Part shown: piece by piece, positions 1 through 14,264 of the stretch
Position numbering within the stretch: the first letter of the stretch is position 1
Layout: each line of letters opens with the position of its first letter
Assembly (NCBI GenBank): GCA_051294375.1
Contig: JBJCIZ010000239.1
Coordinates: forward strand, 4,196,402 to 4,260,401
DNA length: 64,000 bases
Direction: 5' to 3'
DNA from: Paraspadella gotoi
Taxonomy: Eukaryota; Animalia; Chaetognatha
Translations under genes and position numbers: made by a program
Notes under the pieces: generated by a model
Database searches by the model: none
Seen by the model: only the letters and a program-made list of their open reading frames with translations
What the model was told of the DNA's origin: nothing

Positions 1-257
1 GTCATTTATTATCATCGTCGTGGTCATCATCTTCATCTTTGGCGTAGTTGTCGTCTAGTCGTCATCGTCGTTGTCTTTGTCGTCGTCATTGTTATAATCG
101 TCGTCGTCATCGTCGTAGTCTCGTCATCGTCGTTGTCTTTGTCATCGTTATTATTATCGTCATTGGCGTCGTCATCATCGTTGTCGTCCTCGTTCTCGTC
201 TTCTTTGTTTATGTTTGTCAAAATTCTTCTTGTCCTTCATTGATCCACGAAGTCTCA

Positions 258-292
<35 letters not shown>

Positions 293-835
293 TCCTTCAT
301 CGTCATCAATTTTCATCATTTTCATAGTCGCTCTTCATCGTCATCGTCTTTGTCTTCATCGTCGTCGTCTTCTTCCTCCTAGATGGTGGATGTTTTGAGG
401 ATCTTTATCGTCATCATTGTCATGGTCGTCATCATCCTCGTCCTCCTCCTTGTCATCATCGTCGACATCTTTGTCATCATCATTGTTCTCTTTGTCGTCT
501 CGTCATAATCGCCGTCAACTCATCATCGTTGTCATCATCTTTGTCGTCGTCGTTCTCTTCATCATGGTCATCTTTGCAGTCTTCTTCATCCTCATCTTTG
601 TCGTCGTCGTCATCATCCTCTTTTTCGTCATCATCATCCTTCTCTTCGACGACGTGGTCATCATTGTCGTCATTTTCATCATCGTTGTCATCATCGTCGT
701 CGTCGTCGTCATCGTCAATGTCGTCTTCCTCTTCATCGTCGTTGTCATCATCATCGTCATCTTCATCATCTTCGTCGTCATCTCTACCATTATCTTCGTC
801 ATCTTCATCGTCATCGTCGTCGTCGTCGTCGTCTT
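1..835. repeat. Degenerate (TCG/TCA/TCT)n trinucleotide tract
   Basis: Directly visible; explains the poly-S/poly-V/poly-T pseudo-ORFs. Confidence 0.95.
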
Positions 836-1782
836 TCCATCGATCCGATGCTCCTCATCTTTGCCTCGCGGGAATTCTTGAACTCAACCCAAAAATATTC
901 TGGTGACACGATTTTCTCGCTTCACTGGTCGCCGTGACGCAGTTGGCGCGGTGACGCAGAAAAAAAAGATGTGACGTTGTATCGTATTGACGTAATGACG
1001 TAGCGAAGCGATGACTTAGTGACGCAAATCAGTATTGAGGCAGTGACTAAATGACGTTTTGTCCTAGTAAGGCAGGAAAGCAATGACGTAGCCAGTTAGT
1101 GACGTAGTCGAAGCGGGAGAGCAGTGGCGTAGTGACGCAGACGCGACGCAGAGTAGCAATGGCGCAGTATCTGTAGCGATTGAAATGAGCTATGACTAAT
1201 TCATAAAAGTGGTCGATTTAAATTCCTTACAAACAAACAAATTTTCTAATTTGCAATAGTTTCGAAATGTAAACCGATCAATCCATCCTGAAACCGTTTT
1301 CATTTTAAATGTACTATGTGCTATGTACTATGTGCTACTAAGTGTAATGGGACTAAATATAAATAACAAACGCCTATTTTATGTACTATGTGCTATGTAC
1401 TATGTGCTATGTACTAAGTGTAATGGGACTAAATATAAATAACAGTAACGTCTATGTGCGCCGCATCAAATGTATAAACTGACGAAACGCTACTTTGAGA
1501 GAAGAGTTAAAATGTGAAAGGAAGAACCGACGAGTTCACGGCGACCCAAGTGAGGGATTTTCCAGATGTTCACGTGATTTCACGGGTATGTATTAATCCC
1601 CCAAAATCACCAAAATAACGTCACGAATTCTTTTCAACAACGTCATCAAAAAAATGTCAAACAATGTCAAACGATCGAACAATGTCATCAATCCAATCTG
1701 AATCTGATTTTCGCGAATCCGTAACAAAATTCCCTCTCTTCCCCCCCCCTTCCACGTCGACTTACATCGACAAACTCCGCTT

Positions 1783-2128
1783 CGGCCACATTTTCCGAAA
1801 TTCCCCTATTTCAGCTAAAAATCTAGAATTAAATTGTTTTAAATTTTAAAAATTAGGTTTGGGGTTGGGTTAAAAGTTAAGTTAATGATTGAGTATGAGA
1901 TTTGGTTCAGGATTTGGGTTAAGGTTTAGGTTTGAGGAAAAAGGGTTTGGGTTATGGATCGTAGATTAAAGTTAAGGATTACAGATAAGAAATAGGTTCA
2001 GTTTTAAAGATTGTATTAATTATTTAATAAAAGGATTAGAATTAAATATTGGGTTCAAATCGAACTTAAGCTCTCAAGATAATTAGGGATTGGGGATGGA
2101 AATGGGACGCATTTCGAAAATTGTGCCG
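1783..2128. mobile_element. MITE-like element with ~28-bp imperfect TIRs and a degenerate TTAGGG-like interior
   Basis: Left end cggccacattttccgaaattcccctattt; right end aaatgggacgcatttcgaaaattgtgccg. Interior is rich in ggtttagg/ttaggg. Confidence 0.6.
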
Positions 2129-2789
2129 TCACTTCATTCGATGAGTCAGGGAAATGAAAAAAAAAAATTATCGCTTCTTTTCCTTATCTCACACGATTTT
2201 TTTTACCTCGTCATCTTCTTCCTCATTTTCTTTCTTCTTTTCCTTCTTCTTTCTTCTCCTCTTCATCTTCCTCCTCCTCTTCCTCCTCCTCCTCTTCCTC
2301 TTCCTCTTCCTTCTCATTTCCATCCTTTCCTCTTTTTGGAAATGTAACTGTGTCACTTTTGAAGTTCTTATCTCTCTCTCTCTCTCTCTCTCGTGAAGGA
2401 GAAAGAAGGAGGGGGAAAAGAAGAGGGGGAGAAAGGTGTAAAGGAAAAGGGAGAAAAAGGGAGGAAACAGAAACAGAAAAAATAGTAAAAGGTAAAGGGA
2501 GGAAAAAGAGTATAGGAAGAAGGAAAGAAAAGAAGGAAGGTAGGAAGAAGAAAGGAAGGAAGAAGGGAAAATCAGGATAGGAAGAGGGGAAAGAGAAATA
2601 GGAAAAGAAATGAAGGGAGAGGAGAAAGAAAGAAAAAAGTGAAGAGAAGGTGGGGGAAGTGTGAGGAGTTATACCGTCGCTCAAAAAGGCTTCCCCTAGG
2701 GGCGATAGAAGGAGCTGACCCCTGGGGCAGTCTTCCCCTAAATGACAAAAAAAACTATCCCCCCTAGTATAGTTTTTGTATAACCACAG

Positions 2790-5700
2790 AGGCTATCCCG
2801 AGGAAGAACCCCCTGATGTCACCCCTCGCCACACGCCAGGGGGAAGGCTTTTATTCTGACGTTATACTTGAGTGTGAGGAGAGGGGGTAAAAGGAAGAGG
2901 TTTAGGGATTGACGCCTTTTTTGTCCCACTTTTTTTTTTCTTGGCTGAGGGGTTAATATACTTTTTTTGGTTCTTTTTTTTGTGTTTAGTTTTAATATTT
3001 TTTCTCAAATTTTTGTGCAATTTGGTCTACAAGTTTTAGTTAAAAGCAATATTTAATAATTGATAGAAATATGTAAATATTTAACAGTTACATCAATCAC
3101 ACAAAATATTTTTTCCCTGTGAGTGACATCATCCTTTTCCTCTTCCTTTCTTTGCCTTCCTCCTCCTCTCCTTGCTCTCCTTACTCACGAGTGAATATTC
3201 ACTAACTTCGGCAAGATCTCTTTATATATGATCTTCACTACTACGCGGATCGCCGAGTTATCATACACATTGCATAAGTTTCTCCCAGTAGGGGGGCCGA
3301 AATTTTATGAAATTTTTTTACATCTCATTTAAACAATATATTTTACGTTTCAGGAAAATTGTAGGCTAAATCGGTCAACTAAGTAATTTAGATTTAAATG
3401 TCATTATAAAGTTTTTAAAGAATTACTGTGTTTTTGAGAAATGATTAAAAAGTTGACCCTTTATTTTCGAAAACCGCACCTTTAAGCTTTAATTCAGAAT
3501 TAAAGAATTTTGTTAGTGTCATTTGCTTCAAAGGGATATAAGGGTATATCGGGGTCAGTTGGACACAGTAGGGTGAAGGCCGATCGTACTATCTCGTCAA
3601 GGGTACAGTTAAATGACAGATCAGTAAGCAATCAGTGTAGTCCACGGATTGAAACGACGAAGCCAGAGAGCCCATATCGAATCAATGCTTAATTAAGATA
3701 TAGGGTATTCTTATAGTTTTAAAAAATTTGTAGTTGTCAAGAGATGATGCTTGGAGAATTTTGCCATTATTTACTTTATCTTAGATTAATATTGTATTGT
3801 TATTTTGTGCTAAATATATCTCCCGATATTTAATTACAAATAAGTGATTTGCTAATTTCAAACCCTTTTCGAAACCTTGTCGAGTCCCACCCTTTTTTAA
3901 ATCTTCTCTCATTGCGCCATCTCGGATATTATAATCTAATTGTAGCAATTAATGTATTTGTAATTTTAAAAGTATTATTCTCGGTTTTACACTTTCTTCT
4001 TAGAAAATAATGTAGAGTGCGTTGCATTCGATAATCGAGTAAACTGCCCAAGGTTATGTGGACAATGGCTCTGAAAAGTCTAATGGTTGAAGTGAAATTG
4101 ACTGTGATGCAACTTATTTCTGGTCTCGTCCCGTTATGACCGCTATACAATATAAACAATATGTTCTAATGTTACGGCGGCCTAAACCATGGATTCATGG
4201 AGCAGTGAGACGAGCAAGCGAAACAGTTCCATGCAAAAGGAAATCATGAGAGGAGCGAGATAGATCGCCTCGCCCAGTCGAGCGTATCACATTATGCGAT
4301 TTCGGGTGCTTGGACACGTGACGCCTTCACAACAACAAAGGAAAGTCTGACAAAAAGACGTGCAGAGAAAAGAGACATTAGAGGAGATTAACAATATCTA
4401 AAGCGTAGAGACATGATTGATATTCATGCATCGACTGTTTTGTTTATACACACTCCTTATGTTTTCCTTTTGTCCTCATTTTTGTAGCTCTTCCCTCTTA
4501 GATCTGCCCCATTCAAATTCAGCATACTCTAGCCACGCCCCACACTATACAACAACACACAAAATGGATGTTGAGCGTAAGCTTACTACCCACCCAGCAA
4601 AATAAAGTTCTTAAAGGTATTCTTCCACTCGCTCCTTTTATTACTTACACAGCAGATTTTATGCGATTGCCTTTTTTCTTGCGTCCCTTACGTTGGGGGT
4701 AGGCACTACACACATACAACCGGTAATCCGTCAGTCTGTGAATACCCGCCGAAGCAACGCGAGAAAACATACTAACGACTAGAACTAGTGAACAAGTAAA
4801 CATGCACTACCCGTAGCGGCACCTTTGACCGATTTGAGAGGGAGCAAAGAGAGGAGACCGCAGATGAATGAGACAAATGTAATCACCGCAGAGTCTGGAG
4901 CGAGATGGAGACTAGAGTCCAGAGAGAGAGACTGGCAGATGAGAGCGAGTATGAGATAACACATCATGAGTAGAAAGAATCAGAAACTTAGAAGGAGCAT
5001 ACGAAGTGCGACGAACACAACGCTCGGGGAAGCCTGTAACCACTGCAATACGAGAAACCGAAACAGAGATATATAACGAGTAAGAGTACGATAGAGGGAG
5101 AGACAGTAAGCACAGAAACATTTATGAGGCGGGGAGAGGAAGGTGAGGAGAAGCGGACATACACGAGATAGCACAGAAGACGAACTGGGCTAGCGTAAGT
5201 AGAGGCGAGGAGGTATATATGGCAGACGCAGATGTGTGGGCCAGCAAGACGAAGATGAGGAGAGGACGGAGACAGAAGGTGGAGCAGAGCACGATCGAGG
5301 GCGAGCAGAGAGAGAAGAGAGGATGTAGGAGGAGAGGAAGGGAGAGAGGAGAGAGAGAAAGGTTGGGAAAAGACAGAGAGGGAGAGAGAGAGAGGGAGAG
5401 GGAGGGATAGGAAAGTAGGAAAGTATATTACTACCGTAGGAAAGTCATGCCCAGAGAGAGAGAAAAAGAAACAGAAAGAGGGGGAAAGAAAGAGAAAAAG
5501 AGAGGGCGAGAAAGAGAAACGAAAAAATCGAGAAAGAAAGGATAATTTAAAGTTTTTCAGAACTTTATCGTCAAAAAAAGAATAAAGGAAAAGAGCAAGT
5601 TTGAGCAAACAATTTTCGATCAGCTAAGCAAATGTATAATACCTATTCTCAGAATTAAAAAATAAAAGTGAAATTTTGACATTGCAAATACAAAATAAGC

Positions 5701-6744
5701 AGACGCGGCTAAAATATTAGTAAAAAAAATAATAACTGTACATATTATTATTCGCTAATAGGATGGTTTTGAAGATATAATTGCTAAATTTTGATTGCAA
5801 ACTTTCACTTCACCCTATAACTCACTCTTCCCGCCAATCGACACCATTACCTCCGTCAGCCGCTTCTAGCCACTTATTAAGCCACTGGCCAATGGCCAAT
5901 TGGCCATCTCATCTCGCTACCGGCCAGTCGGCCAACAAAGCACTTTTCAGTCTGTCTCTAGCCACCTTTATTTCATTCCCCTGCTTCTCTCAAACCGACA
6001 AACGCCACCTACCAGTCGGCCAACTGCCAGATTGTCATTAGCTACCTTCCTTCCTCCGCCACACTCTATTAGCCACTCTGCCACTCTGCCACTAGTCGCC
6101 TGCCATCCGCCTGCCCATCGGGATTGATTGTCCGCTTTTAATAATGTTGTCGATATGTAGTCGAGCATTCCATAATTTAAGATAATATAATATAATATAA
6201 TATAATATAATAATGTTATCCATATGTAGTCGAGCATTGCATATTACTTTCTTAATGAAGCCAGAAGAAGATTTGGATATTACGGCCTTCGTCCTCGTCG
6301 CCTTCTACTTAGTCGTCGTCGTCGTCTTCGACGTCGTCGTCATTTCCTTTGTCGTTGTCGTCGTCTTCTTCTTTTTTGTCATTCTTTAGTCGTTGTCGTC
6401 GTCGTCGTCGTCGATATTGTTTAATTAACTGTTACGCACATAATATGACATACATGTATAAAATAACAATATTTATGAAAAGAAATACTATAAAATTACG
6501 GATTTTTTATGATTTTATGATTTTAAAGTATATTTTTTTAATCTAAACGCTTTTTTTTACCGTCAGGGGGTTTAATTTTATTTCTTTTGTTTTTTCTTTT
6601 TTTTTTTTATGAAATCATAATTTCAAATACTATTTTATTATTGTTACGCTTCGCGCTCCATCTGTCGAGAAGAGAAGAGCAACTGAAGTCAGGGATTCTG
6701 ACAAAAGGTCGACCCAGGATTTCTGAGAAATGAGAGAGAGAAGA

Positions 6745-6815
<71 letters not shown>

Positions 6816-9800
6816 GAGAAAGAGAGAGAGAAAGAGAACGTGATAGCGTGAGAAAGTGAGAGTAAAGATCAGGTTAGATCCGGTATTAATTTCTTCATGA
6901 ATTATTCATCCGTAGCTCGTGGCTTAGTCGTCGACGTCGTCGTCGTCAACGTCGTCGTCGTCAACGTCGTCGTTCGTCGTCGTCGTCGTCGTCGTTTTCG
7001 TTATTCAAGAAATTTACAAGAGGATATGGCTACTTGCCTTGTCGTTCTCTCTCTCTCTCTCTCTCGCTCTCTCGCTCTCCCTCTCTCTCGCTCTCGCTCT
7101 CTCTCTCTCTCATTCCCCCCCCATTCTTAACGATTCCGAATCGCGAATCGTTAATTGAAAAGAAATCACTGGATCGCCCGGTCACGTGACGTGATTCACG
7201 CTCGACCACGTGATGGAATTGAGTAAGGGTCACGTGACAGAAGCCACGCCCTCGCGATCGACGCTCGGTGATCACGTGATTGTGCGAAAATATAAATATA
7301 AAACCGAATTGTTATTTTCCTCTCTTTTCGTTGGTAGATTTGCCACATAATTAAACAACGATACAAGTATGTAGCATATATGCTTAACAAGAGTCATAAG
7401 ATTAACCACACTGAAGCAATAACTAAAATAACCCAGTGTTACACGAAATGAGAGTCCTTGACTGCTTCATCATGTAACGATATTTGTTTATGGTCATGTG
7501 ACTACAAAAATATAAAACATATTTACTTAAATTTTTACTCTCTGCTAGACACAAACTGAAATGAATCAAATTTTCCATTAATCTCATGATTGTACAAATA
7601 TGAAACTTATACACAAGGTATATAGCCCTTCCACTAAGTGAAATCGATGGGCCGGGGCGACGAGAGAGAGACAAAGAGAGAGAGACAGACAAATGGCAGA
7701 AAACGAGTGGAATTTTTAAGGAAACGAGATTGATATAGNNNNNNNNNNNNNNNNNNNNNNNNNNNNNNNNNNNNNNNNNNNNNNNNNNNNNNNNNNNNNN
7801 NNNNNNNNNNNNNNNNNNNNNNNNNNNNNNNNNNNNNNNNNNNNNNNNNNNNNNNNNNNNNNNNNNNNNNNNNNNNNNNNNNNNNNNNNNNNNNNNNNNN
7901 NNNNNNNNNNNNNNNNNNNNNNNNNNNNNNNNNNNNNNNNNNNNNNNNNNNNNNNNNNNNNNNNNNNNNNNNNNNNNNNNNNNNNNNNNNNNNNNNNNNN
8001 NNNNNNNNNNNNNNNNNNNNNNNNNNNNNNNNNNNNNNNNNNNNNNNNNNNNNNNNNNNNNNNNNNNNNNNNNNNNNNNNNNNNNNNNNNNNNNNNNNNN
8101 NNNNNNNNNNNNNNNNNNNNNNNNNNNNNNNNNNNNNNNNNNNNNNNNNNNNNNNNNNNNNNNNNNNNNNNNNNNNNNNNNNNNNNNNNNNNNNNNNNNN
8201 NNNNNNNNNNNNNNNNNNNNNNNNNNNNNNNNNNNNNNNNNNNNNNNNNNNNNNNNNNNNNNNNNNNNNNNNNNNNNNNNNNNNNNNNNNNNNNNNNNNN
8301 NNNNNNNNNNNNNNNNNNNNNNNNNNNNNNNNNNNATATATATATAGTATGTAGTAGCTACATTTATTTTTTTGTTCATATTCTCAATCCATTAAAGAGA
8401 TTCCTTGAGCAGTGCTTAATCTCGACTTAATATTAACTCAATGCATTTACCAAGAGACAAAAGTAGATTAGTAAGTATTCATTATCCAGTAGTCATTGAA
8501 AACTACAGTAGCATAACCGTGATGCAGCAGCATCTCAAAGCTACATAAAAACTGAAAAATTAATTAAGATATTCAAGTAATTTCACAAATATCATTTAAT
8601 TAATTAATGGTCTCAGAGGAATCTCCCAAAAATTAAGAATTTACTCTCCTTTTATATACAAGGACAAAGTTATAACAACCAAGGAGAGGAGAGTTCACAT
8701 TTTAAGAATAAAAGCAAAACATCTACTAGTTATTATCAACCAATGAGAGACCAGATATACAAATAAAAATCATTATAAACTCTTTAACATCTATCGTGTC
8801 CAATAATCAAGATTAAACAAACTACAACAACAAAGACAAAGGTTTCTAAAAAGTTTGAACCCCGAATTTTCGGGCTTAATTGCTTAGCTTATGTTCAGTT
8901 CAGCCCGACTATAAGCAATTAAGCAATTAAGCATGATACCTTCAGTCGCGACCCGGGACTCATTAAAAAATACCATCATTTCATGACCATTAGGTACCGG
9001 GATCGATCCCCAATGGGAAGCGTGAGGACGACCGTAAACCGCCTTGGCGACGTGGAAAACCCTCAAGCTTGGTTCCAAGCCCAGGACTCGTTTTATTGCA
9101 ACTGAAGGGGGCGCGGAAGATACGGAGAATAGTTGATCATCCTTAGGTCTCAGGTTCCCATCCGGCTCGTTGGATTAATAGCTTTCAAAATTTATATAAA
9201 ATTGAGAGGCGTACATTTTTCTGTAAACACCCCCCTTTTTGTTTAATCTTAAACTTTACTAAATATTCAAACTAATCTATAACCTTAATAACTTACCGTT
9301 TGTTAAATTATAATCCTAATCCCTACCCCTTACCCCTAAATCTAATCTCGATTCCCTCTCTCTAATCCCTAACCTTATCTTCTTACCTCAAACTCTAATA
9401 TCTAACCAAATCCTATCTCAAACCCAATCTTTATCCTAATCCCGTACTCTAATCAATAAACTAACTTATTAACGTACTTAAACTTTAATAGACGCAGCAC
9501 GATCTATCCCGAGGCAGAACTGAATGTCACCACTGCCACACGCACGCCAGGGGAGGCTTTTATTCTGACGTTATACTTGAAGTGTTGAGGAGAAGGGGAT
9601 AGAAAGGAAGAGGTTTAGGGGATTGACGCCATTTTTTGTGTCCCACTTTTTTTTTTATTCTTGGCTGAGGGGTAATATACTTTTTTTGGTTGCTTTTTTT
9701 TGTGTTTAGTTTTAATATTTTTCTCAAAATTATTTGTGCAATTTGGTCTACAAGTTTTAGTTAAAAGCAAATATGTTAATAATTGATAGAAATATGTAAA

Positions 9801-12800
9801 TATTTAGAACAGTTACAGTCATCACATACAAAATTATTTTCTCGTGTGAGTGACAATCATACTTTCCTCTTCCTTTCTTTTGCACTTCCTCCTCCTCTTC
9901 TCTAGCTCCTCCTTACCCATATATTCACTTCTTTTTCCAAGATTCTTTATTCACCCGTCGTCGCCATTTCAAAGATTCATGAAGTTTTCCAGAGGGGGGC
10001 CGAATTTTATAGATTATTTTTTTTACATCTCATTTAACAATATATTTTAACGTTTCGGAGAAAATTGTGTACCGAAGCTTAAAATCGGTCAACACTAGAA
10101 GTAATTTAGATTTGAAATGTCATTCATACAAGTTTCAAAAGAATACTGCTGTTTTTGAGAAATGATTAAAAAGTTGACCACTATTTATCCGAAACCGCAC
10201 CATTTTAATGCTTTAATTCAGAATAAACGAATTTGTAGTGTACTTGGCTGCAATGGAGTTAGGCGTTAGGATTTGGAGTTATGGGTGAGGGATTAGGAGA
10301 TTATAATTAAGAAAATTAGTGTTGCAAAGATTTCGATAAAGCAAACACGAAAAGATAAGGGTTAAAAATTAGGTTCAAGGATTACTAACTGAAATGGTAT
10401 TGCTTTCCAAAAAATAATGCTAAAAACTTTTTCTTTTTCACCTTTTTAAATCTTCCTCCCATCATTCGTAATTGTAGAATAAAATGATTTAAAGTATTTT
10501 ATTTTTTAAAAAATGTGAGCGTTGAATGATAATGAAAGGTTGAAATTGTATGAAGTCTTTGTCTGATGCAAACTTTCGGTCCATACTTTAATTAATAATA
10601 ATGTTATGTTTCGGCTCTAAATGTTTGCCGAGAGAGAGAGAGGAGAGAAAAGGAATAGTTAAAAAGAGATGAAAAGAGGAGGAAAAACAGAGAGACAGAG
10701 AGATTTTGTTTATACAATCTATTTTTTCCTTTTCCCTTTTAGCGTCTTCTCTACTTCTCCCCCTTAACATACTCACACCACACAGACACACACAACAAAG
10801 GATTTTTGCGTACTACTACAGCAAAAAGTTTTTTCCCGCCCTTTATTACGATTTTTATGCTTTTTCTCGCCCTGGGGAACTCATAAACGGTCTTAACACG
10901 AAAACGGAGAACGAGAGAGAATATAACAAAACATGACACGGCATTGACCGTTGAGAGGAGAAAGAGAGAGAGAGAGAGAGAGAGACGAAGAGAGAGAGAG
11001 AGAGAGAGAGAGAAGAGGAGAGAGAAAGAAGAGAGAGAATAGAAGGAGATAGAGTGAGAAACGGAAGAGAGAGAGAAAGATATAAAGAGAGAGGGAGGGA
11101 GAGACAGAAAGAGAAATAGAGGGGGGAGAGAGGGAGAGCGAGGATAGAAAGAGAAGGGTAGAGAGAGAGCGGGAGGGAAATATATGGAAGAGAGATGAGG
11201 TGGGACAGAGAGAGAGAGGGAGGGAAGAGAGAGGTTGGCAGAGAGAGAGGGGGAGAGAGAGAAGAGAGAGGATGTAGGGAGGAGAGGAAGGGAGAGAGAG
11301 AGAAAGAAAGGTGGGAAAAGAGACAGAGGGGAGAGAGAGAGGGAAGAAGGGAGGGATAGGAAAGTAGGGAAAGTAGCTATACTACTTAGGAGAGAGAGAG
11401 AGAAAAAGAACAGAAAGAGGGGGAAAGGAAAGAGAAAAAGAGAGGGCGAGAAAAGAGAAACGAAAAAAATCGAGAAAGAAAGGATTTAATTTAAAGTTTT
11501 TCAGAACTTTATCGTCAAAAAAAGAATAAAGGAAAAGATCAAGTTTGAGCAAACAATTTTCCGATCAGCTTAAGCAAATTTATAATACCTATTTCTCAGA
11601 ATTAAAAAAATAAAAGTGAAATTTTGACATTGCAAATACAAAATAAGCAGACGCGGCCTAAAATATTAGTAAAAAAAAATAACTGTACATATTATTAATT
11701 CGCTCAATAGGATGGTTTTGAAGATATAATTGCTAAACTTTTGATTGCAAACTTTCACTTCACCCTAATAACTCACTCTTCCCGCCAATCGACACCATTA
11801 CCCTCCGTCAGCCCGCTTCTAGCCACTTATTGAAGCCACTGTCCAATGGCCAATTGGCCATCTCATCTCGCTACCGGCCAGTCGGCCAACAAAGCACTTT
11901 TCAGTCTGTCTCTAGCCACCTTTATTTCATTCCCCTGCTTCTTCTCAAACCGACAACGCCACCTACCAGTCGCCAACTGCCAGATTTGTTCATTAGCTAA
12001 CCTTCCCTTCCTCCGCCACACTCTATTAGCCACTCTGCCACTCTGCCACTAGTCGCCTGCCATCCGCCTGCCCATCGGATTGATTGTTCCGCTTTTAATA
12101 ATGTTGTCCGATATGTAAGTCGAGCATTCCATAAATTTTAAGATAATATAATATAATATAATATAATATAGATATAATAATGTTATCCATATGTAGTCGA
12201 GCATTGCATATTAACTTTCTTAATGAAGCCAGAAGAAGATTTGGATGTATTACGGCCTTCGTCCCTCCGTCGCCTTCTCTTAGTCGTCGTCGGCGTCTTC
12301 GTCGTCGTCGTCATTTCCTTTTGTCGTTGTCGTCGTCTTCTTCTTTTTTCGTCATTCTTTAGTCGTTGTCGTCGTCGTCGTCTAGTCCGATATTTGTTTA
12401 ATTAACTGTTTACGCACATAATATGACATACATGTATAAAATAACAATATTTATGAAAAGAAATACTATAAAATTACGGATTTTTTATGATTTATTTAAA
12501 AAAAATATAAAGTATATTTTTTTAATCTAAACGCTATTTTTTACCGTCAGGGGTTTTAATTTTATTTCTTTTGTTTTTTCTTTTTTTTTTTATGAAATCA
12601 ATAATTTCAAATACTATTTTTATTATTGTTACGCTTCGCGCTCCTCTGTCGAGAGAGAAGAGCAACTGAAGTCAGGGATTCTGACAAAAAGGTCGACCAG
12701 GATTTCTGAAGAAATGAGAGGAGAGAGAAAGGAAAAAAAAATAAGAGAGAGAGGAGAGAAGAGAGAGAGAAGAGAGAGAGAGAGAGATCGAGAGATGAGA

Positions 12801-14159
12801 GGAGAGAGAGATAGAGAAAAGAGAACGTGATAGCCGTTGCAGAAAGTTGAGAGTAAAGATCAGTTTAGATCCGGTGATTATTTCTTCATGAATTATTCAT
12901 CCGTAGCTCGTGGCTTAGTCCGTCAAACGTCGTAGTCCGTCAAACGTCGTCGTCGTCAACGTCGTTCGTCTCGTAGTCTCGCTCGTTCAACTGGTCGTCG
13001 TCGTCGTCACAGTCGTCGACGTCATCGTACGGTCGTCGTCAATCGTCGTTCGTGTGTCGTCGTCATCGTCGTCGTCCGTCAACGTCGTCGTCGTCATCGT
13101 CGGGTCGTCCGTTCGTCGTCGGTCGTCAACGTCGTCGTTCGTTCGTCGTCGTCGCTCGTCGTTTTTCGTTATTCAAGAAATTTCACAAGAGCGATATGGC
13201 CTACTGTGCCTTGTCGTTTCTCTCTCTCCTCCTCTCGTCGCTCTCTCGTCTCCCTGCCTCTCTCGCCTCTCGCTCTCTTCTCTCTTTCTCAATTCCCGCC
13301 CCCCATTCTTAACGATTCCGAATCGCGATCGTTAATTGAAAAGAAATCACTGATCGCCCGCGTCACGCTGACGTGATTTCACGCTCGACCACGTGATGGA
13401 ATTGAGTAAGGTCAGGACAGCAAGCCCACGCCTCCGCGATCGACGCTCGGTGTCACGTGATTGCTGCGAAAATATAAAATATAAAACCGAATTGTTATTT
13501 TCCTCCTCTTCGTTGGTAGATATTGCCACAGAATAGACAGCCGGATTGTAAACAACGGATTACAAGTATGTGAGCTGATATGCTTAACAAGAGTCATAAA
13601 GATTTAACCACACATGAAAGCAATAACTAAAATTAACCAGTGTTACACGAAATGAGAAGTCCTTGAACTGCTTCATCATGAACGATATTTGTTTATGGTC
13701 ATGTGACTACAAAAAAATATAAATACATATTTACTTAAATTTTTACTCTCTGCCTAGACACAACTGAAATGAATCAAATTTTCATTAACTCATGATTGTC
13801 ACAAATATGAAACTTATACACAAGGTATAGAGCCACTTCCACTAACAGTTACTATCTATAATGACGCTTTATTACCGGAATTTATTCGGCATTTAATTCA
13901 GAAGTATAACAGACGACAAAAAACGCGTTTTAATAATAATTGGCGGCTTTTGTCGTGGTTCTTTATTTATGCAATTGTACATGTGTACGAAGTTTGCAAA
14001 CTAAATTTGAACATTTTTTAAATTTTTTCAAACTAGTATTTATAGAAGTAAAAGTAAAAGTAAAAAGTAGTTAAAATTTAAAAAAAATTGAAATTGTCTG
14101 TATCTTTTCGTCCCTTGCCGACAGGACAAACCATATTGATGAAAAAAAATCGAGGGTTA

Positions 14160-14208
<49 letters not shown>

Positions 14209-14216
14209 AAGAGAGA

Positions 14217-14264
<48 letters not shown>

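Noticed and set aside
33-906. ORFs of 60-154 aa rich in S, V/I or T/M
   Set aside because: Translations of a trinucleotide repeat; open in several frames on both strands.
1850-2100. TTAGGG-like runs as a true telomere
   Set aside because: Highly degenerate, interstitial, present in both orientations and bounded by TIR-like ends.
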